From Centroscyllium fabricii (lineage: Eukaryota), in contig JBNRSN020000029.1 in the NCBI GenBank assembly GCA_051313645.2, forward strand, positions 20,212,001-20,276,000: a stretch of 64,000 bases of DNA, written 5' to 3'. The translations under genes and the position numbers were made by a program. The notes under the pieces were generated by a model. That model ran no database searches. It was not told the origin of the DNA and saw only the letters and a program-made list of their open reading frames with translations. Of this stretch, positions 51,580 to 61,469 are shown piece after piece (within the stretch, counting starts at the first letter, position 1; every line of letters begins with the position of its first letter).

Positions 51580-54500
51580 TGATATAATAAAGGACTCTGG
51601 TACATCAATAACCTAAAGCAAAGCTTTAATCCACTACCTTATCACTATGAACAAAGCCGGGTTTAACCATGCTTCCAGATGAAGCTTTCTCCCCATACTG
51701 AGCAGTTCGAGCATTTATAGTAACAGGAAACAGGAACTGACATCTACAGAGTTCACCCCTTTGTCTTCCCCCGGAAGTCTGTTCAATATTACCACATTCT
51801 TCACTCCTGCAAAATGAAAAGGCGGGAATCTTCTTTTTATTCCGGAGTAGCTGAACAAGGAGGAGACGCACCCGTTTTAGTTCTCGTTGCTGGGTTGCTG
51901 GTCCTTCCCTATGGACAACGTCTGGGTCTCTGGACCGTTTACATGCTGTTGGCCACGGGTCGGAACCTGGGTGGCCTGGATTACCCTGTGAAGGGTCGGG
52001 GAGATCATCGCTCCGCGTAGGATCTCCAATAGGTGCAGAGCTGGTTTGTCCATGGTCAGGGGAAGGCACACAGCTGGTCTGCGGCTAATTGGCAATATGG
52101 CGTGAGGCACCAGGAGGATCATGACTCCGTGTACGAGCCCCCACGGGTTTAGAGTCGGTTGGTGTCTGGTCAGTGTCCTGGAAAGATGTACTTGGCTGGT
52201 CGTAACATCGAGTGTGGGATTTGACCGGCGCAAAGCTAGTTGGTGTTAGATCCGGGTCCTGGAGAGTGGTACCTGGTGGGACCCTGGAGGTCCCCGGTAG
52301 GATATTATCCCTTGGCGTCCCACTAGGTCCTGGTGGGCAGGGTGCCAAGTCCCGCAATGATACGATAGACTCTCGACCGTCGGGATATCTTATGTAGGCA
52401 TAGGTAGGGTTGGCATCAGTTAGTTCGACCTCATCTATGAGAGGGTCGTTTTTAGATGTCTGAACATATCTTCAGAGCAGTACAGGCCCCGGAGTAGTTA
52501 GCCATGATGGAAGAGATGCCCCATAAGAAGAGCGACGCTGCAATCCAAAGAACCGTTCATGAGGTGTAGTACTTGTGGCTGTAGACAGAAGGGACCGTAT
52601 AGAGTGTAATGCATCCGGAAGCACTGTTTCCCATTGATGGATTGGTAGGCTCTGAGATTTTCAAGCAAGCCATACGGAATTCCAGATGATTCCGTTGTAT
52701 CTCTCTAACTGTCCATTCCCGATGGGATGGTATGGCGTTGTTTTGTTTGTCGCAATTCCCCGTTCTGAGAGGTAGTCCTTCAGTTCACTTCACATAATAG
52801 ATGGACCCCGATCTGAGTGAATGTAGGCCGCCATGCCACAAAGAGAAAAAAATTGCTCAAGGAAGTTGATTGCAGTGGATGCCAGCATATTGCAGCAGGG
52901 GAACACAAGCGGAAATCGTGAATATTCATCGATCCTTGTGAGCAGATATGTGTTCCGTGTTAAAGAGGACAATGGGCCCTTGAAGTTGACGCTAAGTTGT
53001 TGCATCGGTTGGGTTGCGTGTATGAGCGCACCATCTGGAGGGCGGAAGAACTGAGTTTTCAATTCTGCACAAGTTCGGCATTCGGAGAACATTTTCTTTA
53101 TATCTCCAGTAGAAAATGGGAGATTCCGTGATCGCACGAAATGTAACATTCGAGTCACGCCAGGATAACACAATCCATCGTGGATGTCTATGAGAGTAGA
53201 GGAGGACATAGCAGAGCAGAATGCTCGTGTGAGGCTATCCGGGGCCACATTCTCTTTGCCAGGTCGATAGTGAATGGTGTAGCCAAAAGAGGCCAATTCC
53301 AACCTCCAAAGCTGTATTTTATTGTTCTTAATTTTAGTTTCCATTTGACAATCGAGCATGAAGGCGACTGATCGCTGGTCCATGATTAATGTAAAGTGCC
53401 GGCGAGCTAGGAAATGGTTCCACTTCTGTACTGCCTCTATGATGGCGCTGGCTTCCTTCTCAACTCGAGGATAATGTATCTCGGCACCTTGTAAAGTCCT
53501 GGATATGAATGCTACAGGACGGCCTTCTTGATTTAGAGTAGATGAGATCGCCACCTCCGAGGCATCACATTCGACAACGAAAGGGAGGTCCTTATTGATG
53601 GAGTGAAGAGTCGCTTTCTCCAACTGTTTCTTGAGAACGTTAAAGGCGGCAACAATCACTGTCCACAACGGAAATGTTCTAGCATTCAGCAAGGGCTGAA
53701 TTTTAACTGAAAAATTCGCATTCCATTTTGCGTAGTATGCAAACAGACCAATGGCCCGACGTGAAGAATTTGTTAGGTGGAGGGAGCTCCTGGAGCGGGC
53801 AATGTCTTTCCGGGTCTGGTTTAACGATACCATTGCCTAGGCAGTAGCCAAGAATGTTGATGATCGGTTGCGACTCCACAAATTTAGATTCATTTAAAGT
53901 TAAGTTACGGTGATGGAGATCATCCCGATATCTTTGGAGGTTGGCATCATGCCCCTTCTGGTCGTGGACTGCAAGAGTAAAGTTATCAAGGTAGGGAAAA
54001 GTGTCCCAAAAGTTTTCCTGCTCAACGAGGCCATCCATTGCCCTTTGGAAGACAGCCACTCCATTAGTGACCCCTAATGGGAGGCGACGAAATTGATACA
54101 GTCGTCGATTAGCCTCAAAGGCTGTGCACTTCTTATCTGAGACCCGTAGGGTTATTTGATGATAGGCACTCTTTAAATCATAGGTTCAGAACACTTTGCA
54201 TTCAGCCAGTTTATTAACCATGTCATCAATGCCTGGCAATGGGTAGGCATCTGGTTCAGTATATTGATTGACGGTTTGAGAATAATCAATGCATTGTCGT
54301 TGTTTGTGAGGTTTTAGAGGGTTCTTAACGATGACGATTTGAGCCCGCCAGGTCGATGAACATGGTTCGATGATGTCCTCTGCTAAAAGACGAGAGATTT
54401 CTGTCTCAATGAAAGATTGACCTTCCTGACTGAAGCATCGAGATTTGATTATTATTGGTTTGCATTGAGGAGGAATACTGGTGAATAATGAGGGTTCATC

Positions 54501-56141
54501 AAGTGAGGCTGCTGACAGTGCACAGAATGGTGATGTAGACGGTATACGAGAAAAAGTAAGTCCAGGTTTGGGACTGCCGAACTCAATGATGAGTTTTTTA
54601 TGCTGTTTTTGAAACTCCAGCCCAAGGATAAGATCACTAAATAACTATTTGACCACTGAGAGCCGAGTGGAGGGATACATGCAGCCATTAAGTGTTATGC
54701 CAATAATACAAAAGCAGGAGTTTCTGGTATTAAGTGATGACTGAGCCATTGCAATTGCCTGGTCCGATGGGAAGACATGTAGTTTCAATTTCTCAACAAT
54801 CTGTTTTCTAATGAAACTATCATTACTTCCTGAGTCAATTAAGGCATCACAGGTATGCCCATTAATGGAGACTTTTGTAGCTGCATGAAATACATTTTGA
54901 GGGCAGGCAGCTGTAATTGGTGTGGTTGCAAAGAGGGAGGCTGTAATTCTAGGTGTGTTTCTTCGAGAGGGAGCTCGATAGGTCCTAGCAGGAGCCTCTT
55001 GATAGGCCCTAATTGGGGCAGCTCGGTAAGCCTTGGCTTGATAGGCCCTCGTAGAGACTCCTGATTGGCAAACTTTTGCAAAGTGTCCCTTTTTTCTGCA
55101 ATGACTACAGATTGCATTGCGAGCAGGGCCGACTTTTCTAGTGCAGAAAGAGTCTCCACAAAAGAAGCATTTATTTCTAGATTGCCAAGAGACTGCTAAA
55201 GTGGGGTCATTCTCCTCATGATCACTGAGCTCATCAGGACAAGGTTCTTCCATTATAGGGTCCACCTGAGGGCCCTTGAATGGTCTGATTGCAGTTGCAG
55301 CAGCAGTTCGAGAACTGGGCAGCTGATAGAGGTCTGATTTTTTTTTTGCCAAGTCCAGAGCAGAAGCCAGATCAAAAGCCTTTGACAGCTCAAGCGTTTT
55401 TCTCTCTTGCAAACGGTGGCGTGTAAATGGAGAGGCAATCACGCAGATGAAAGCATCTCGAATCATTTATTCACGGTACATCTCAGCCAAGTCTGCCTTA
55501 AAATTGCTATCTACAGTGAGCCTGCAAATTTCTTGACGGAACTCCAGAATCTATTGCCCTGGCCTTTGTTGGGCCGTGGACAGTAAATGTCTAGCATAGA
55601 CCTCGTTTGGGGCCTTAGTCTATAGCTTTTTCAGTGCTTGGATTACCTCATTATAGTTATCCCAATTATCAACATATTCATATACGTTTGGGGACACATA
55701 ATTCATAAGTAATCGTAGTTTGGTAGAGGCATTCTCACAACATTCTTCAAGAAAATTCTCAAAAGTATGGAACCAATGCTTCTAATCCTTGGCAGCTGCT
55801 GGTGCATTTGTGTCCAGATCCAGTTGAGTCGGCTTGAGGAGGCTTTCCATGAAGGGTTGGTCCCTGGATCCTCAGTTGCAAACGTTTTAAGGATTTTGAG
55901 CGTGAAGTTTTTAGTGGATTAAATTGATGTAATAAAGGACTCTGACACATCAATAACTTAAAGCAAATCTTTAATCCACTACACTATCACTATGTACAAA
56001 GCCGGATTTTACCATGCTTCCAGCAGAAGCATTATCCCTATACTGAGCAGTTCGAGTATATATAGTGACAGGAAACAGGAAGTGACATGTACAGAGTTCA
56101 CCCCTTAGTGTTCCCCGGGAAGTCTGTTCAATATTACAACA
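51580..56141 (-). mobile_element. Ty3/Gypsy LTR retrotransposon, full length, decayed, with a putative self-priming PBS
   Basis: 217-bp TG..CA LTRs (51580-51796, 55925-56141; ~88% identical by eye), 5-bp TSD TACTT (51575-51579, 56142-56146), PPT GCAGGAGTGAAGAA next to 51796, no TGG-type PBS. Confidence 0.95.
51840..55850 (-). pseudogene. Gag-pol polyprotein with multiple stops and frameshifts
   Basis: MESLLKPTQLDLD..KHW, knuckles CFFCG..CSHCRKKGHFAKVC, ALIDSGS, RT FPYLDN, RNase H ECDASE..EKEA, integrase FKGPL..IDEYSRFP..HSDRG. Confidence 0.9.
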
Positions 56142-56918
56142 TACTTTATTGTATTCAACCCATGTAACTTATTCGCACTACTCTCGGGAGCGGCGAGTCT
56201 ACATTTTGTTGTATGGTACTAGTACACTGCAATGACAATAAAGTTGAATTGAATTGAATTCAATATTTAGCTCCTTGGTACATGATTGATTCAAGTCTGA
56301 TTTGAGGTCTGGATCCTGTGTCCGTGGCGGTAGCCAATTGGGCATCAGTGAGCAGGGTATGATTAAGTAACTGCCGCTTGATAGCACTGTCGACGACGCC
56401 ATCCATCACTTTGCTGATGATGAGAGTAGACTGATGGTGTGGTAATTGGCCAGATGGGATTTGTCAAGATGTTTATGGATAGGACATATCTGGGCAGATT
56501 TCCACATTGCCTTAGCAATACCAATGTTGTAGCAGTGCTTGACCAGCTTGGATGGAGGCGTGACTTGTTCTGAAGCACAGGTTTTCAGCACGACATCGGG
56601 TATGTTGTCAGGGCCCATTTACTTTGCTGTATCCACTGGGCTCAACTGCTTCTTGATATCAGGTGGAGTGACACGAATTGGCTGCTGAAAACTGTTTTTT
56701 TGTGATAGTGGGATTCATGGATGTTGACCGATATGGATCAACCACTTGGCACTTCTGACAGACTTTAATGGATTATGTAACGTAGTGTGTGGTTGAAGGT
56801 AGCCTGGTTGATGCTGTGCATCTATAGTATAAAAGGATTTTATTCAAGTACCACATGTTATACTTGTTACCAACAAGGTTATAAAAATGGCACCTAACAC
56901 GCCCCTCGTTAAGCCATC

Positions 56919-57329
56919 GGGCAGCACGGTGGGATAGTGGTTAGCACAGTTGCCTTGCAGCACTAGAGACCCGGGTTCAAATCCAGCCTCGGATACTATC
57001 TGTGCGGAGTTTTCACATTCTCCTCGTCTCTGCGTGGGTTTCCTCTGGGTGCTCCGGTAACTCCTAAAGTACAAAGATGTGTGGGTTAGGGTGATTGGCC
57101 ATGATAAATTGGCCCTTAGTGTTATAGGGATTGAATATGTGGGGTTACAGGGATAGCGTGGGATATGTGTCGGTGTAGACTCGGTAGGGATCGAGGGATA
57201 TGGGGACAAGGCAGGGATGGGGTACTGGGTTTGGATGATCAGCCATGATCTCATTGAATGGCGGAGCAGGCTCGAAGGGCAGAATGGCCTACTCCTGCTC
57301 CTATCGTCTATGTTTTCTATGTTTCTATG
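56919..57329 (+). mobile_element. Full-length HE1-like V-SINE
   Basis: GGGCAGCACGGTGG..AGTGGTTAGCAC, B box GGTTCAAATCC, V-domain, CR1 tail (TTTCTATG)n. Confidence 0.92.
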
Positions 57330-57602
57330 TTAAACTGAAAGGCTCCGGAGCAACGCTGGTTTAACACTGTGCGGATTCGATTGTCTACTGAAGATAATGG
57401 AGAGTAATATTGGCCCGGGAGTAAAACGATCCTTGCCCTCGATTCCATGGGGTTTTCACCCTGATTGTTATGTTTAAACCACCCAGAGAGACTTTTGAGT
57501 GCCAGGGTTAGAAATTCATGAATGTTCATAACAATACGCTGACGGGTGATCATCCACTCAATATAAGGAGTGTTGGTAATTTCACCTTTCTCCTCTTTGC
57601 AG

Positions 57603-58506
57603 CTAATTTAACGACAATTGTGATTCTTTCCCGTGGAAGATACGGTCTCTGCAAACACATCAACAGCTACCTGGTGGCCATGGCAAAGTCTGATCTACTG
57701 TTCCTAATATTAACCCTAATCCTGTATAACATTAGTGATGGCTATTTTTCATATGCATTTATGAATGACACTCCCATTTGCATCCTCAATCTCTCCTTCT
57801 GTTTATTTCCTTTGATTATTCTGTCCGGTTAACTGGCGCATTCACGATTGATCGATTTGTGTCCATTTGTTGCTAAAGACTGCGATCAATATATTTCACC
57901 AAATAATCTGCAGCTTTGGTTATAGCAGTGGTATGTGGGCTGAGCCTTCTGGAAAAAGCTCCAAGCTATTTTGTATGTCAATCTCGGGAGATAATTCAAA
58001 ATGTTCTATGGTTCTGCTATGAAAAATCAAGCTTCTGTACCCCACCCATATTGAGAACAAATTGGTGGTTGGAAACAGTTGTAACCCCAGTTGCTCCATT
58101 TGTGTTGGTTTTACTACTCAATGCTCTGACCATCAGGAACATGGTACTGGCCAATAGTGTGAGAAGGCGGCTTCGTGTAAACAACAATACTGAGAATCAC
58201 AATGATCCAGAGACGGAGAATCGAAGGAAATCCATAGATGTACTAATCGCCATATCGGGCAATTGTATACTTCTATTGCTTCTTGCATTCAATTCGAATA
58301 TGGTTGTGCAATTTGAAGATGGTCAATTTCTAGAAGAAAATTACAATGACCCTTTTACTGTTATGGAACAATCCGGGTTTATGCTTCAAACTTTGAATTG
58401 TTGCACCAACACGTTTATTTATGCAGTGTCACAGAGTAAATTCAGAGATGAGCTAATAAATATTATTAAGCGACCCCTGGAATCAATAACATATTTACTT
58501 AAGTAA
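57603..58506 (+). pseudogene. GPR139/GPR142-like GPCR pseudogene 2, large second exon
   Basis: Acceptor TTTGCAG|CTAAT; ANLTTIVILSRGRYGL..YLVAMAKSDL..FTIDRFVSICC*..TK*..PFVLVLLLNALTIR..DPETENRRKSI..LNCCTNTFIYAVSQSKFRDEL; frameshift at ~57800 and two stops; first exon not identified. Confidence 0.88.
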
Positions 58507-58539
58507 GTTGTCAGGCTTCACCGAAGTAAAGTAAACTGC

Positions 58540-58683
58540 GCACCTAGCGTGGCTGGACTGCCACGCAGCGCAGGAACGGGGAAGAAAGTCAGGGAGCAAC
58601 TTCTGTGCGATGTTGGTGCGTGCGATAGGTTTCCGCAGGGTCCTAGCGCACGCAACCAAATTTAACAGACGAAATTATGGCCC
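58540..58683. mobile_element. Right-end fragment of the MITE family at 16270-16629
   Basis: CCTAGCGTGGCTGGACTGCCACGCAGC.CAGGAACGGGG..GCGATAGGT..GAAATTATGGCCC matches ~16479-16629. Confidence 0.8.
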
Positions 58684-59706
58684 ATTATATATTATTAAGC
58701 GCCGTGCGGAATTAATAACGTATTTATTTAGATAAGTTTACAGGCTTCCCCGAAGTAAAGCACATCGTGCATTATTTTAAATGTAAGAATGAATGCAAAA
58801 GGGGCGACAGCGAGTTGACTGCACACACTGTAAAATATTATTTGATTCAAAGAAACAGAAAGTGGCGTATCATGAACGGCGAACGTGACATAATCCATTC
58901 GATACTCTCGTCCGTAACTGAAAGTACTCCAATTACAGCCCTGCAAATGGACGCAAATTGTTCAATAGAAATGTGCACAGAGAAACTTTCCGTCGAATTG
59001 CTCACACTCAGTGAAAGCCTGTGGACCGTCGCTTGCTGTTTCTGCGCTCGCCAGCCTGATTGTATATTCAATTGAAATGAAAAATCATGGGACAAGGTTT
59101 GCTATTTCGAGAGTGCGGACGCTGAAACCCCGGCCTTGCTAATTTCGAAATACAGAGGGAATAATCTGGAAAAGAATCATTACATGCTCTCATTGCTACT
59201 GGTTTAAGGTGACTGTGTAAGTGAATGTTGATACATGATGTCCTTGATTTTCAGGAGAATTCAGGCAAATAATACACTGAGTGTCTCCATTAATGGTTGA
59301 ACACGGAATTCCTGCTCTTATTTCCTATTGAAAAACGTCGTGAGCTTCGATCAGGATTCATATCTTACCTGTTAACAACCTCTAGCACACAATAGGGTGT
59401 TTGCGAAGAGAGAACACGATGAATCGCTGTGCACCAAGTAAAGATAATGCTGGGGTTGGGGGTTAGTTGTGAAATGCGGAAGGGTTAGGAGGGAGGGATA
59501 GATTCTGGTACCATTTCTGCTTTTTTACAATATCAGAGCGCTGGTGCGGGTGCCCTGTGATTCAACTTCAGGGCAGTGGGTGAGCTAAGATATCCCCCAG
59601 AGTAGACAGAGGTCTAAAATTTAGTATTGATTCGAATCCGATTTTTAGATTTAGAGGTCCCTTTACGGATCCAGGATTTCATGCATCTGTTTTTCAGTAG
59701 GCTGTT

Positions 59707-60049
59707 CGGCAAGATGGCATAGTGGTTAGCACTGTTGCCTCAGAGTGCTCGGGGCCCGGGTTGAAATCCGGCCATGGGTACCATCTGGGTGGAGTTTGCA
59801 CATTCTCCCCGTGTCTGCATGGGTTTCCTCCGGGTGCTCCGGTTTCCTCCAACAGACCAAATATGTGCGGGTTAGGTAGATCGGCCATGATAATTTGACC
59901 CTTAGTGTTAGGTGGATTAAATATGTGGTGTTAAGGGGATTGGGTGGGAATATGTGGGGTTACGGGGATAGGGTGGGATAAGTGTCCGTGCAGGCTCGAT
60001 GTGACGAAATGGCCTATATCTGTACTGTTAGGATTCTATGATTCTATGT
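59707..60049 (+). mobile_element. HE1-like V-SINE with an alternative tail
   Basis: Same head and V-domain; ends TGCAGGCTCGATG..GGCCT..GATTCTATGATTCTATG. Confidence 0.88.
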
Positions 60050-60535
60050 ACGCTGAGTTGCGACAGGACAAAGTGATGGACCCGGTTTCTGAAGCTCTGC
60101 AGCAGCGGTTCTGACGTTAATTGACACTGGGGTGAGGATGCTTGTGTTTAAGCCAAACTGGGAATTCGGTATTCGGAGTATTGGACCTTGATTAAACCTT
60201 CTCTCAGCAGTACCGCAGAGGTAGAACCGGAGTGTTACAGAAGTGTTGAGTGGCATCTGCTTTCTGGCGGGGAAGTATAATAATCAACCGTATCCGACTT
60301 TATCAATAACGGACTGCTTTAAGAGACTAAAGTGGAATAAATTCAGAAACGCTCAACATGTTATTTTATGTCCAAGCTTCAATGAAAAGGTTACATTATT
60401 TTATACTGATGGTTTGTGAATGTTGAAAGCCGAAGTGGAAAACACGCAATGTTAATTAAAGAATGTTTATTTTAAAGAGTACAACCTGTACAGACAATCG
60501 TCAGGTAACCATACTAAACTGAACACATAGAATCA

Positions 60536-60665
60536 ATGATGTGCAGGTGCCGGTGTTGGACTGGGGTGGACAAATGCAAGAAGTCACACAACACCAGGTT
60601 ATAGTCCAATAGTTTTATTTGAAATCACAAGCTTTCGGAGCGGAGCTCATTCGTCAGCTGTGCGA
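60536..60665 (-). mobile_element. Penelope-like element terminus with a minimal hammerhead motif
   Basis: Minus strand CTGACGA ATGAGC TCC GCTCC GAAA GCTT GTG..AATAAA..TTGGACTATAACCTGGTGTTGTGTGAC. Confidence 0.7.
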
Positions 60666-60844
60666 GTAGGTGTTATCAACAGGGATTTTTCTTTGAAACA
60701 GATTGTATTTCTTACTTAAAAAAGAAGTAGCAATTATTTTTCTGATAAAGTAACGTCATATGTGTGTCTACATTGATGCTGTTTCAACATAATTTTTAAA
60801 AGGATTCAATATACACAAGGTAATATACAAAAATGAATCTAACC

Positions 60845-61400
60845 TTCAGACTGGGCAGTTACTGGCATATAAACATTAACATAAACATTGTGAGTTGATG
60901 CATTTCGGTAGGAAAAGTATAAACCAAACCTAAACCATAGAAAATACGAAATGGAATGAGATTTAAGAGCAAATGGATCTCGGGATATAAGTTAACACAT
61001 CGTTTAAATCAGCATCGCAGGTCACCAAAACAATTAAAAATGATGAGAAGGCACTGGGATTTATTTAAAGGAGAAAGGAATTCAAAAGTCATTAAATTAT
61101 GTTAAATTTGTATAGGAGCATGGTTAGGTCGCACTGTGCTCAGTTTTGGGCTCCAAACTAAAAAAAAGGGCACAGAAGTGCTGGAGAAAGTGCAAAATAG
61201 ATTAACAAGGATGATACCAGAATTGAGTAATTAGAGCCATCGTAAGATTCAGAAGTTTGGGGTTCCTTTAATTTGAAAAAAGAAGAACTATAGATGACTT
61301 GATAGATGTCATAAACCAGGGTAGAGGGGGAAAGATTATATCCGCTTGTGGGAGTGATTAAATGACATGATGATAGTACAAAGCAAAAGTAGATGGCAAA
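60845..61400 (+). mobile_element. Old CR1 fragment
   Basis: CELMHFGRK..MLNLYRSMVR..QFWAP..LEKVQNRLTRMIP remnants. Confidence 0.7.
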
Positions 61401-61469
61401 GGGAAAGTAAGGAAACAAAAGATGTATCTAGAAGTAATTAAAATGTGAACAGCAGAATCAATAACAGCT

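Larger units (their letters stand above)
51250..56262 (+). mobile_element. Rex1/Babar LINE 3' end, split by a Gypsy insertion in its 3' UTR
   Basis: VWYGNCTISDRKALQRIVKTA..IIKDPTHP..RFKNSFFP at 51250-51570; 3' UTR and (TTGAA)n tail resume at 56142-56262. Confidence 0.88.
43938..56760 (-). mobile_element. CR1-group LINE fragmented by the satellite and by a Rex1+Gypsy nest (pieces ~43938-43985, ~50690-51245, ~56265-56760)
   Basis: GPDNIPDVVLKTCA..WKSAQICPIHK..ANYHTISLLS (56.3-56.7 kb) is collinear with FPQGSALGPTIFRCFMNDL..FPDD (50.9-51.1 kb); 3' tail ..CCCATAAATGAATAA at ~43940. Confidence 0.7.

Noticed and set aside
59363-59410. Possible minus-strand GPCR first exon (HPIV.. plus AG|GTAAGA)
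   Set aside because: Similarity is too weak and no minus-strand second exon is present.
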